Below are positions 48,521 to 60,918 of a DNA stretch of 64,000 nt, one piece after another. This DNA comes from Penicillus capitatus (Eukaryota > Plantae > Chlorophyta): positions 1,177,197-1,241,196 of the forward strand of contig OZ287694.1 in NCBI GenBank assembly GCA_965649825.1. The letters run 5' to 3'. Each line of letters starts with the position of its first letter. The stretch's first letter is position 1. A model generated the notes under the pieces. That model had not been told where the DNA came from and searched no databases. It saw only the letters and a program-made list of their open reading frames with translations. The translations under genes and the position numbers were made by a program.

Positions 48521-49147
48521 GCCTGTAAATGCCTCGACTGTTAAATCGAAGCGATCGACACCACTATCGAAAGAGCGATCGACGAAAGATCCAAAAATGG
48601 GAGAAAGTCGCGTTGAAGCAGATGCGGTGGTTGCAGCAGATCCAATAGATGATGATCTCGAATGGCTGACTGCAGAAAAAGCCTTAGAACCGTCGTTACG
48701 TTAAGAAGGAGTTTCTCCATTGTAAAGATACCTGTTATTTAAAAAGTGTTTGTCTCCTTTTATCTCCGCTCTCACAACACGTCGTATGAAATATCCAAAT
48801 GGTGAAACCTAAGCACCGCGTTTCGAGGTAGGAATGCACGATCGAACATGATCGGACGATCGAAAAGCGATCGAGGACAGCGCTAAAGGGCAAGGTCTTC
48901 GCAAACTAGACGGCGATACAGCTTCTGCAGTCGGAATGACCGTTATTTCTCGTATCGGTCCAGCGATTTCGGAGACAACGTTCCACAAAAGATTTCGATC
49001 GCCGTTCTCCGAGAGAATGAAGAATTCGATTGATTGAACATGATCGCCGAACCGTAATACGCATGTCATCGATTTTTTGCCAACCGCCTACCATCGACTG
49101 GCAGGACACGCGGTGACACCCTACCTACATATCGCCAGAAAGGAACG

Positions 49148-50518
49148 ATGGATACAGAAGAAAATACTGCGTTAATCTGCCAAGGACGATCTTCTTTCGA
49201 TTCGAACATCGGGCCGAGGACCGTTCGAAAACTCGACTGTCATTTCCTGCTTCTCCTCGTAATCGTCGTCTTTTTAGCCTATGCCGATCGCAGCAACATT
49301 GGCTACGCAGCCAGAGATCTCTGCGATGAGCTTAATCTCACAAACGAGGAATATGGACTCGGTGTCAGTTTGTTTTATATCGGTTATCTCCTGACACAAG
49401 TCATCGGAAATGTCCTGCTCAAGCGCCTCGGCGCTCCCATTTGGATTTCATTCATCGTTTTCTTATGGGGCATCGTCGCCACTTCTTTGGGATTCATTCA
49501 AAACGCAACACAGTTCTATGTGCTCCGCGTCTTGTTGGGTGTCGCGGAGGGAGGGACCTTTCCAGCCATATGGTACATCATACCCATATTCTATCCTGCA
49601 GAGCACATCACCAACGCGTACAGCGTTATCTTCTCCGCCATCGCTTTTTCGATGCCGCTCTCGTCACCCATCTCGGCAGGCTTGTTAAGTCTGGGTCCCG
49701 TCGTGGGCGTCGAAGGATGGAGATTACTCTTCATTGTGGAAGGCCTCATGCCAATCATCTACGCACTCTTTTTCTACTTTTATTTTCCTCCTAGTCCGAG
49801 AAAGGCTTCGTTTCTCGATGCCGACGAAAAGGAATGGATTGTCTCGGATCAGGAGAAGAAAGAAGGTGTGGCCGACGTTTCGGATTGGGAGGAGATCAAG
49901 GCCGTCGTGACCCATGGACCATGGAGGACATGTTCGTTGTGTTTTCTCATCCTCTTTGGTATCTACACCGGCCTCATGTTCTGGGCAACGCTGATTATTC
50001 ATAAAATGCTCTATGGAGATGACGACGACGATGACGACACCAAGACCTGTGGCTCCGAGCACGGCAACGCTGCCATTGCCGTTCTCATGACTGCTATCCC
50101 ATACCTCGTGTCAGGTATCCTCTGCTTGCTGACACGGCGCTACGAAGTTCGAAATCGATCACGGCTTGCCGCGATGATCTTCGGACTCTCTGGCGTGATG
50201 CTGATTTCGTGGGTCGGGATGGTTCATGCTCCCTTTGTCATCAGATTTGTGTTGCTGACATGCATCATTGCTGCGTCCTTCGTCGTCAGTGTCTATGTCA
50301 CCGGATTGATGATGGCATTGTCCAAAGCGTCTGCCCATTCCGCCGCTGCCTCCCTGTACAATACGATTGGAACTGTCGGTGCCGCTGTGTTTCCGCTCAT
50401 CTTTGGGAAGCTGATGGACGTTGTTGGATCTGAAGTGGCAATGGCTTTCCCTGGGGGTCTTTGCTTTGTGGGAGCTCTCTTGATGCTCACTGTCAGGGAT
50501 CCCTCGCTCACGGAGTGA
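49148..50518 (+). CDS. MFS transporter, anion:cation symporter (ACS) family, intronless
   Basis: RKLD...AYADRSNIG, LRVLLGVAEGGTFP and GWRLLFIVEG, with about 12 hydrophobic segments. Confidence 0.88.
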   Translation: MDTEENTALICQGRSSFDSNIGPRTVRKLDCHFLLLLVIVVFLAYADRSNIGYAARDLCDELNLTNEEYGLGVSLFYIGYLLTQVIGNVLLKRLGAPIWISFIVFLWGIVATSLGFIQNATQFYVLRVLLGVAEGGTFPAIWYIIPIFYPAEHITNAYSVIFSAIAFSMPLSSPISAGLLSLGPVVGVEGWRLLFIVEGLMPIIYALFFYFYFPPSPRKASFLDADEKEWIVSDQEKKEGVADVSDWEEIKAVVTHGPWRTCSLCFLILFGIYTGLMFWATLIIHKMLYGDDDDDDDTKTCGSEHGNAAIAVLMTAIPYLVSGILCLLTRRYEVRNRSRLAAMIFGLSGVMLISWVGMVHAPFVIRFVLLTCIIAASFVVSVYVTGLMMALSKASAHSAAASLYNTIGTVGAAVFPLIFGKLMDVVGSEVAMAFPGGLCFVGALLMLTVRDPSLTE

Positions 50519-50765
50519 CTGAGCAAACAGATCGCTAAGAGAACCCAGATGTATACGCACAATTGCTTCATCCCTTATTGTTTTCATCGATGTGACGCAC
50601 AATGAAAACCTGATTCTTGCCATATGCATTATCAGACATGCAAAAAGTACTGAGGGATAGCGAGATACCTATGAACACTCTATATTCAACGGAATGCCGT
50701 ATGTTGGCTTGAGAATTCATTTTACGGCGACGCAAGGCAACGCTCTTGCTGAGAATGCGACGGCG

Positions 50766-51053
50766 TCAACGGAGATCGTATGTCTGGTCGGCACTCCGTG
50801 TGAAATGATGTCTTTGCGCATTACCTTGACGCGGATCCGTATTCTGTTTGTAGAGGTTATACTTCGACACCATCACCTGTTGTTGATAGTATTCGGCATG
50901 GTATCCGTTCTCTCGCAATTGCATGTCGCACTTTGCATACCGATTGTCTGCGAGACATTTCGCTCTTGTGTTCGTCGCGCCAACAGCAAACGTATACCGT
51001 ATCGATCGACGGTACTCGCAAAAATTACAGCAAACCAGAAACAAATTTCCCAT
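50766..51053 (-). CDS. Possible small N-terminally acylated protein
   Basis: ATG start giving MGNLFLVCCNFC, with an open frame whether or not two candidate short introns are removed. No family recognised. Confidence 0.3.
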   Translation of the reverse strand: MGNLFLVCCNFCEYRRSIRYTFAVGATNTRAKCLADNRYAKCDMQLRENGYHAEYYQQQVMVSKYNLYKQNTDPRQGNAQRHHFTRSADQTYDLR

Positions 51054-51323
51054 AGCGTCGCACTCTCTGTCACTGTCCAGTTAGTTCGCTTCAACAAAAA
51101 CAAAACGCTTCTGTCTCGTGTCGCTATCGATTTTCTATCGTCGTTCGCCGGATGTTTCTCTATCGCTGTGGCGAGGATCTTTGCTAACGCGAGGATGCAT
51201 GTTCTCGCCCCTTTTCTTTAAAGCGTAGATTCTTTCCTGCTAGTCGTCATCATAGACGTGGCGTCCACCTTTGCCTTCCAAAGATGTTTCTCATCAGACG
51301 GCATTTTCGAACATTCCGTCGAG

Positions 51324-52685
51324 ATGCAGCCTCGCCCGCGATTGAGTGGACTCGATTCTACAGACCCGCCGTTCCGAACAGGGGTAGCGTCGCCTGCCAC
51401 TACCTCCGCTAGCGATGCCCCGTCACTGCCAACAGTTCGTTTCTTAGACACCGTCGGCGCCGTACCCCGCAGTCGAAAGCGCAAGTCCGACAGCACGGAG
51501 CTCCCTATCGCCGCCCAGAATCTCCTTCCAGAATCCGAACTCTATTCCAAACTCCTTGAATACGAACGACGCGTCGACACGGTCATCGAAATGCGCAACG
51601 TCGAAGTGGCCGATGCTCTGCAACGCGTCGACCGTTTCAAATCTGTCCTGCGTATCTACATCTGGAACGAATCGCACTTACAGAAGGACCCCATGAAGGA
51701 ATCGCCGTCCTCTTTCTGGAAGCTCAAGATTTCGGGAAAGCTCCTCCCTATGAAGCAGAAGCCAGGCGAAATCGCATCCAATATGGCAGAGATGGACAGT
51801 CATCAGGGACTGCCGTTTGCGCATTTCATCAAGAGCCTCGATGTGGAGGTGGATCCACAGAATACAAGCGGATCATCAACGAAGATCAAATGGATCAAGT
51901 CGATGAACAGCGGAGATGAAGAGAAGGAAGTCTTTGAGGTGCTCAGACCCGGAGAGAAAGCATTGCCTGTCAAGATCTCTATCGTTTTCGACAATCAAGC
52001 TCCGACGTTTCGCCTGACGGAACGTTTCGCCAAGCTCTTGGGCTTTGAGCTCGGCACGCGGTCCAAAGTGATTACGGAGCTTTGGAATTACATCAAAACA
52101 AAAAACCTCCAGACGAACAAAGATCCCAGCGTCATCATGTGTGACCCAGATCTCAAAGCGTTGTTCGGTGGAGCCGAGTCGATGCCGCTGTCGATGATCT
52201 CTGGCAAACTCAACGATCTGTTGACGCCGGCGGACAAGGTCATTCTCGACTACACTATTCAGTTAGATGGATCGCCAGCTGTGTACGATGTGGAACTCGA
52301 ACTGCCTTCAACTCTTCAGTCCCGTGCCACACTGCCCTTCTTCCAACGGCATACCCAGGACGCAGAGATTGCACGTCTGGATCACGTGATCGGAGATACG
52401 GGTGCCGAGATTCTGGAACGCAAGAGGAGACGGGCTTTCTTCATGGGCTTCTCTGAGAATCCCATCGAGTTCGTCAACACATTACTCAAGGCACAGAGCA
52501 AAGAAGTGAGTCGACCAGGTCTCGGTGTTTTGAATTGGAGTTTGAGCAAACAGGTCCGCCTGATTAAGAGACTCGGCGAACGTGACTGTTACGAGGTCGA
52601 AACGCAGACGGAGTTTTTCAAGGGCAAGTGGGTGGAGGACGCTGTGGTGAAGTACTTTCAACGACGTCTCGCTGCCGGCCATTGA
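51324..52685 (+). CDS. SWI/SNF subunit BAF60/SWP73 (SWIB/MDM2 domain)
   Basis: LYSKLLEYERRVD, LRIYIWN, WKLKISGKL, LWNYIKTKNLQ...CDPDLKALFG and KRRRAFFMGFSENP. One intron near the 3' end. Confidence 0.9.
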   Translation: MQPRPRLSGLDSTDPPFRTGVASPATTSASDAPSLPTVRFLDTVGAVPRSRKRKSDSTELPIAAQNLLPESELYSKLLEYERRVDTVIEMRNVEVADALQRVDRFKSVLRIYIWNESHLQKDPMKESPSSFWKLKISGKLLPMKQKPGEIASNMAEMDSHQGLPFAHFIKSLDVEVDPQNTSGSSTKIKWIKSMNSGDEEKEVFEVLRPGEKALPVKISIVFDNQAPTFRLTERFAKLLGFELGTRSKVITELWNYIKTKNLQTNKDPSVIMCDPDLKALFGGAESMPLSMISGKLNDLLTPADKVILDYTIQLDGSPAVYDVELELPSTLQSRATLPFFQRHTQDAEIARLDHVIGDTGAEILERKRRRAFFMGFSENPIEFVNTLLKAQSKEVSRPGLGVLNWSLSKQVRLIKRLGERDCYEVETQTEFFKGKWVEDAVVKYFQRRLAAGH

Positions 52686-52767
52686 TCAATATCCTGGGCC
52701 ATATATAATGGTTGGCATTACCTGCGTCGGTTTAGAACTCTTTGGTATTGAATTTCACCTTTGCGTT

Positions 52768-54401
52768 ATGGAGAATCGCCGAAATCGTAAAAACGCCAAC
52801 CAGGCTGCAAAAGGAGAGGTAGAAAGATTTCCGCGACGTTCAGCCCTCCATTGCGCTTCGCTCTCGCCCTCGACCACAGATTTCCGTTCTCATAGCCGTT
52901 CGTTGTGTTTTGCAGCAAGTGACAAAGCAGTTCGTCCGACTCTACTACGGTATTCTGAATACCCATCCAGAACAGCTGTTCCAATTCTACGGCGAGAATA
53001 GCACGGTCATCGTGTCCGCATTCGGAACTGGTGCGCCGGCGACCTTCACGGACACGGCGGAATCTCGAGAGGCACGTGCCGAATGGAAGGGTTTTGGGTC
53101 GGTGAATGTGTGTTGTAGAATATTCGGCACCTTTTGAAGAAGGTCTTCACCGGCGCCACCTGCAAGATTAAGACAGCGTTACCCCAGTTCACGGTCGACG
53201 GTGGCGTCCTCTTGCTCGTTTCTGGCACATTGACCAAAGCCGCATCGTCATCTAAGGCACGAACATCCAACAAGGCACCTCTTTGAGCAGGAGACATGAT
53301 GACAGGATGCGGATGAACATTGTTTCACTCAGGCGCTGGTCCTAGCGCCGCAAAAGAACGGCTACTATATCTTGAATGATACGCTCCATATCATGGGGAG
53401 CTTGACGAACGTCGATGCCGCCGTCGGGCAGGGCGAAATCGAAGAAACCACGGTGCGATGCTCTCCCTCCCCTCTTGCACGTTAAATGGGCCGTGTGGAT
53501 GGCAGGGGCAAATTGGACGATTCTATCCTTCCGTCAACGGCAGTCATTCCATGATGCCGATCACTCCTCGTCCAAAGCGCAGTGCCTTGTCGGGCTCACG
53601 CGGAAAGGAGCGAAGCATGTCGAGTGATGGCGATTTGGGGACGCACGAAATCAAAACGGATTCCGATTCCGACGCATCAAGCGATGGATCTTCGAAACAG
53701 GCACAGACACCTCATGCGAGACAACGTACTGTTCAACCCGTAAGGCCCTTCTCTACCCGTCGTCCTTTTGTTGGATGGATGTATTGCCTTGATCCTGCAG
53801 AAACTTCGCAAACCGTTCAAAGCAGTTCCTGCAGCGCCGGGTGGACCACATGCCAACGGCATTCCTCTCAATGTCAGCGTTGGCGTTCTTCCGCCGCAAT
53901 CCGTCACGGGTCCATCAAAGACACCCGTCAATGGCAGCGATCCGCGCTCGATGAATGTGCCTCTGGGGCATGGCGTCTTTATTGCGCGTCTGCCGTTTGG
54001 TATACAGGCTGACGAAGTGGAGAGAGCTTTCTCGACCTTCGGTCCCGTCCTCAACGGCGCTGACGGCATTCAAGTCCTTCCGGTCAATCAGATCTCAGCC
54101 GCCAGACAGTCGTATGTGTCTTTAGGTACGCGATGGACGCAATGGCTGCTACGCATTTGTGACGTTCGAGTCATGTGCGTCGGCGCAGGCGGCCATTGAG
54201 AAAGGAGCAATCGTCCAAGGCAAACGCGTGTTCGTCGAGCCGCGGTACCAACGTCAAGAAACGGTGGATCCGACGACGTACGGAATGACGACGAATGCCA
54301 GTTCGCATGCGACACAGCCGTCGCCTCCTCTATCTTCCCCTGCCCAGCTGCCTAGACATGCATCCCCAATCACAGCAACCTCGCAGCGTTTGCTCAATTG
54401 A
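52768..54401 (+). CDS. NTF2-like + RRM protein (G3BP-like), paralog 2
   Basis: QFVRLYYGIL...FQFY, FTQALVLAPQKNGYYILND and an RRM (GVFIARLPF...FGPV...GKRVFVEPR). Two GC-AG introns are needed; the start is approximate. Confidence 0.8.
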
Positions 54402-54863
54402 AGCCGAAGGCGGCGTTTCTCAGACGGCCCCTTCGCGTGATTGGCCACTAGATGCTCGCAAGAATCGTGGAGAACAATCTTCAGTACTCTTGCGAAACGC
54501 TGTCTTTGCCATGTTCCCACGAGCAGAAAAGTTTTCGCTTGTCTGTTTATTCCTTTTGATTCGTGCGTCTCGTACCTTCACATTCGTTAAACTGCTACTC
54601 CGTGTTGTGTGTATGATGATTCAGCTTTCCGAGGAGATCAAGAGAGCGGAATGCATAGAACTGAAGTAAGTCATAAACGAGCACCTTCGTGGGATCCGAT
54701 TTTTACGTGGCGGTGAAGTTGATGTGGGATTCGATTGTCATGTGTCGTCTGAAACGTCTAAAGAACAAGATTGTATGAATGCTGGTTGCTGCTTCTTATC
54801 TTAAGTATGACATCGCACATTCTCTATACTTGTTCGTTGTGCTCGGGATTTTGGTAACCGTCA

Positions 54864-57800
54864 TCATGATTCGAAAAGAGTGAGAACTAATGCCTCGTCA
54901 CCGTGCGCAGTGGAGGACACTTCGATGTGCACCTGCACACGATCGAAGATGCGATAGACGTGCTTCGATGCAACGCTCTGTGCTTCGGTGCTGCTGAGCG
55001 AAACGAAACTGGATGTCTTTGTCGACGGAGCTCCGTGTATCGCAAAGATGGCCCCTTCGATGCCATACTTCTGAATACGAACCATCAAGCCCAAATGCTT
55101 GACGCCTGCGAATCCAGTGATCCATCCATCCTCGATCACACTTTTGGTTCTGTCCATACAGAAAGAGTGATCTATGCGCATAGAAAGACAGGTAGATGGC
55201 ATACCTAAAGAAAACGAGTGTGTAGAGAGTGGCCGACGCACGTGAAGCGAGTTGAGCATTCTTGTGACACTGATTCATGTTTTGTACCAGGCTCTGCATC
55301 CTCTCGGTATCGTGGAATAGCGAAGGAACCCTGTCAATGCCAATCGCAGCCGCCAATAACCTTCATGCACCCATCCACCATCTACAGAACGTTATCTTCA
55401 TCGTATTCTCTACCTGTGAACCATGACATCTGGATAACGCCGAATTGGAGAAGTGAAATGCGTGTAGACATCCATCGACAAGCCATAGTGAAAGGTACTT
55501 GCGCCTTTGGGATCTCCAGATACGAAGTACTCAGCCTAGACATGGATTTTTGTCTGCAGATGGTATCTGTCATCTCTACCTCTGTCATGCATCGTGTGCA
55601 CATCATCCTCACAAGTACGTTAAAATAAGGATTGTCCGGTAGGACGGCTCGATCCAATGACATCGACAGCGTCTACGATGCCATAGATATGGACGGCAGA
55701 CCTCGATAGATACCTTGCCTTGTTTGAATCGAGATCCAATGACAGATCTTTCGTCTCGAGGGCGGCCAACAGAGGTTTGAACCTTGTTTGCGTTGGCTCT
55801 GGGTGACGTCTCAAACAGGCGGTATACGGAAAGGTCTCCAGGATCTTACGGCCCACGGTCTCATTGGCCAGCAACATCATCTCTTCCACCATTCTGTGCG
55901 TGTCCATTGTCTACAGCCACGATCGTCAGATCGAGAAAGAGGTTCGCACATGCGTGACTTGATAGACGGCCACGTCTGTCGGATCTTGCGTCTCGGAGTC
56001 GATGCGAAAGCTGACTTCGGATGAAGAGAGCTCCAGGGCTCCATTCTCTTTTCGTCGCGATCGAAAGATCTTGCCCAGTCGATTCAGCAAACGGAGATTC
56101 TCTGTCAGCTCGTCGTGCAATCGGTGATCATCGATTCGTGCCTGGGCCTCTGCGTAACTCAACGAAGCACGACTCCTGCAATCCTCCCATCAGCCAAACA
56201 ACAGTCGACCATGTGCTTAACCGAATGACGCTTTTCGTGAAGATCGTTTTGTCCGGGAGGACGTTGCCATCTGGAGTGACTTCCCAGAGAACGCTAAATG
56301 CAAAACGATCGACGTTGCACTTCAGACTGCAGATCTCTTCCGTGAGCGCAGCAGGTAACATCGTAATCGCCTTCTGCACCAAATAGACAGTGGTACCTCT
56401 CTTTGCCGCTTCTTCGTCCAAAGCCGTCTCTGCAGGACATTGCATACAGCAAAGAATGTACACCGTTTGATCACCTGGAAGGACAAAGTGTGTCACATCA
56501 GCAATGTGGACACCGATTTCGTAGTTTCCGTTCGGAAGGGGCTGTATGTGCAGAGCGTCATCAATATCCTTGCATTCTGACGGATCCACGCTGCAGATGC
56601 AGAGATGACGAAGGTCTTGTCGATGGGCATCTTGCAGCGCAGAGGCAGGAACGCTCCACGGAAGAGGAGGCAGACAAGCATGAACGGCAGGAGTGAAAGG
56701 GCCTGCTTGGATATCGTGCTCATGCAACAGCACCTTCGTCTCTGTATCTTTGTCACCAATGGGACCGATCTTGCGAATGTAATGACCGAACGGCAGTGCC
56801 GTATCGGATGCCCATGCGTCCATCCGCACCACAATGCGCTGCCCAAGCAGTTCCTGCTGCTGTGCCGTGCGGATGTAGATGGGCGGCAATCGTCGATCGA
56901 TCGGTCGGAACTGCACACAGGCCGTGTGTCTAACACGGGTTTCGAATCTAGGTGGACGAATGGATCCACAGTATCCAGCAGCTTTCCAGTTACGCTTCAG
57001 AATCCCCACAACCTTACCTAGTGGATACTTCAAAGCGGCGCCCGTCACATCGCTGGACACATGGCTCATGTCCTGTATGCATGACTTGGAGCCAGAAGTG
57101 TGGGGAATGCCGACTGACCGTTTGAGTGACGATCTCGACGGTGCCTTTCTCCTCGTCTGCATCCACATCTTCAATGGCTTCGTTGATAACGGCATCTGCA
57201 TCCGCAGCATCCTCTTCTAGTAAAGAGACAACCACGACATCCCCTGCGAGGTGACAGATAGGAAGAGATGCAGGACAACGTCGAGGGATTTCACCAGAAA
57301 CAGCTCGATTCACGTTTTGCGTGCCCACGATCTTGATCGTCGTTTCTGCCGTCTCGATCATGCCACAGTAAAAACAGGTACGGCGCATTTCGATCGTTCC
57401 CTGCCAGCATCGTCTTCCAAACATGCAAATGCTGTCCATGGCACACCTGGTAGTAGATGCCCTGCTGAATGCCAGCCTTCAGCTCCGAGAGCGGTAGATG
57501 CTCGGCATAGTGTGATCGACGCTGTTTCTTGTTCTTTCCATGTTCGTCGACGTCCTCATCTGTCCATGTCCAGAATCTGACATGTGCTTTAAACTCTGGT
57601 GGGTGATGATCACCTGTCTCCATCGTTTCTTCGTTGGCCCATGACTGGGCAATGTCATAAAGCTCGGAGCAGTCCGTTCGAGTCCGTGCATAGGTACGGA
57701 CACTCATGGTCTTCAATCCGAAATCGCGTTCAGCCAAGAAACGGTTATTGGCATCGTCGCTCAGCAAGATAATCTCCATTTTTTCTCCTAACAGATCGGC

Positions 57801-58483
57801 GTACCTTAACACACAGTCTCACTCCATCAGCTGTCACATCACGACGGCATGACCATTTTGCGGCAAGGCGAATTGCCCGATCGTTTCTGTCATTGTCCGA
57901 TTCCCCTTGGATCTTTGTCGCATAGGTGTTCCTAGCCACACATTCAAGGTGTCTATACACCCTCATATGATGACCTGTGATGCTCGTTCTGGAAGACAAA
58001 GAATCTCCTCTGTGAGGCGGCATCCGTCAGTCTTCTCAACCGATCGTATACACTCTTGTCGCGATGACGGACCTGTCACATCAACTGTCACCTCACTTCA
58101 ACATCTGCTATCACATCCACTGTCACCTCCTGCAGGACGATGGACGGCACAATGACGTCTTCCATTGCCGAATGCTCCAAAACGTCAATCTAATGGCATC
58201 GGCATTGTCTCCCAGAGGACGGAAGAGAAGACGGCAGAGACATGGTGTAGAGCGACATTGGTGTCCATCATGATGTAGTGCGGAGCGTCGGGGCGAAGTT
58301 TGGCCTCCTTTTCGGGACATTCTGGATCCAACGGTGTCCCACTCCTGTACCGCGAGTGACATTACCAGACGACCGCAAGACGAATCGTACGTACGCTATG
58401 TCATCGCGCAGGTAATGCTCGCGCACGACCTTTTTGAGGTTGCCTTTACGCGTCTTTTTGATAAAGGCTTTGTTCTTCAACAT
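54864..58483 (-). CDS. DIS3: Exosome exoribonuclease DIS3/RRP44 (PIN + RNB + S1)
   Basis: [55 protein letters not shown] and [13 protein letters not shown]. Confidence 0.95.
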
Positions 58484-58537
58484 GGCGACCGATACGGCGG
58501 CACTGTTCGGCGAAGCAACCGTAGGCACATCGTATTT

Positions 58538-60918
58538 CTAAGACATACGATCTGGTGGATCGTATCTATTGGGAGGTCGAGAGGAAGGAGAAGTGCGTGG
58601 GATACGAATCGACGACGTCCATCTGGATGCCTGAAACTGTGAGGCATTCATGGCGCGTCCCGTTGCATGGGTTGTCAAATTGCTGCCCATGACGGACTCA
58701 TCGAACACAGATCTGCCCGTTTCAGACTCCATCGAGCGCATGGCCCCACCGTACGATCCCGTCTCCCCCGTGAGGCTCAGATCGAATCTTGGACGCTTCT
58801 GCTGTTGAAAATCGTATCCACGAACCCCCGACGCCATCTGAAGTTGATAGCCTCGTGACGAGGAGGGATGATAGGGGAGCTTCTTCTCAGATGAGGCCAC
58901 AACATCATCGATGCCAGGGATCGCCACAGGCTGATGCTCATCTGAGCTTTTGTGCTGAGCTCCTTGGAGCTCCTTTCCATCTCCAAAGTCCTGAAAATGC
59001 CGATCTCTCCACATCTCGCCCGGTCGCGGCCGGCACCAGAACTTTGTGACGTAATCCGAACTTCCTGCACCGTTCTCTCCTCAGCGATGATCACAGATGC
59101 AGAGGAATAGAACACCGGAGGCCAAGAGATGTCCCATAGGATGCCAGGAAACCGACCAGATGGTGGTGTCATGGGCGTTTGTCAGTCTGGCTTGGGGTGT
59201 CTTGTGATTGGTGAGCCAGTAAATCAGAGATCCATCAGATCCGCCGCTCACGAAAAGCTCTTCATGATTGGGATGCCACTGACAGCACATCACTTCACGA
59301 CTGTGGCCACGGAATGTCCCCAACTCCTTGCCCATTCGAATGTCGTACACCTATGCGCTGCATTCTGAGCGGAAGGGTGGGCGGAAGGGAAGGCGCAGGA
59401 CTTTGCAGACTTGATCTCTGCTGCAAGAGAGCAGCCAATTGCCATTCCGATTCCACCACAGTTGATTGATGCCCGCTTTGTGCCCGTAGAGCGTCGAAAC
59501 GCATTTACTGTCGATGGGTGTCCACAGTTTGATCTGAGCATCTTTGCTGCCGGAGGCGATGAGTCCCTTCACTGGATGCCAGTCAATGCATTTGACATCG
59601 GCTCCGTGACCAGAGAGTAAACTGTTGACATCGCATGTTCGGAAATCCCAGAGCTTGAGGGTGGCATCATCGGAGCAGGTACAGAACTTCAGATCCGATG
59701 GTGCAAAGCAAATGCCACGGACAGCTTCTCGATGGGCAATAGCATCGTTCAGCAGCTCGAGATTCGGTTTCCAGTACTTAATGCGTCCACTCTCGTCTCC
59801 CGAGACGAGGTAATGCTCATTGTGGCTAAAACGCATCGCCCGGACGCCAAATTCGTGCGCCTGTGTCACAGGGTCCGTCTGCTGCCCAAAAGAGTGATCA
59901 GATGTGTGACCTGAAGAATGCTTTCAAAACTGAAGGTCGTTCCACTCCACAACGTAAATTCACCGCTGGCCGTGCCCGTCATACATCGCCGGCCTTCCGG
60001 CGTCCACAGGACAACATTGATGGCACAACGGACCTTGTTCTGGCTCACATGGACGAATTTTGTATTGAAAGAAGAGGCAGGGAGGTGCGGATAGGCACAT
60101 GGGGGCAAAACCTAAAACGTCCAACGCTCTCTCACTCATGACGTGACGTCTTGCCATGTGGTCACACCTCGAGGGATCCTGCTGCTGTGGGCTGGACGCC
60201 ATAGCTGTCGCGAATCGAACGGACGTAGTATCGTGTCTAGACCAGACAGAGGAGATCAAGGAGGCGTGATGCATTCAGCACGTGTAGAGATTTCACGTTT
60301 AAGAACTTCACCAGTGGCGTCGTGATGTCGATCGTTCGCCTGGGAGAAAGATTACGAGCTACAGTGTTCGGCCAAAGGACGCACCTCGGTACACAGGGAC
60401 GTGTGTCGACAGCAGGTGTCTGGGAGGTGGTATCCATCGCGACCGCCGAGATGATGTCATTTCTGAATGGCACGCCCTCCGCCGCTATCTCTGCTCGTCG
60501 GCAGTATATCTCTCGCAGCAGCGAAGGCTGCCCATGGGATCCATTGGACGACTAGGCGCTGCTGTTTTGGTGTCACTCTTTTTGTACAGTCTCACTTTTC
60601 TTCGCTTGTCATATCGTGGTTGGATGTCGATGGCTCTAGTACGGCGTTTTGTAGAACGTTTAGTGACTGGGGACAGTGCTGTTGCATCGGCTTTGCTGGA
60701 TCTATGCCTAGATGCTTTGTCAGTTAGAGCGGTTTAGCGACGTTCTCTACATCACGTCTTGTCCTACATAGAAGAGGCGTTGTTGCTGTAAACACAAGTC
60801 GAACATCATAGGGTTGCGGAGATCCAGCCGAAACGAATGAAGCTGTGCGTCTGGCACCGAATCTCGACCCATCGCCGAAGACGTCGTGCTGAGTTGTGTC
60901 AGCCATGTCTTGTGTCAT
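58538..60918 (-). CDS. FY: Polyadenylation factor WDR33/Pfs2/FY (WD40)
   Basis: [62 protein letters not shown] and [11 protein letters not shown]. The start is either 60437 or the extended 60918 model. Confidence 0.92.
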
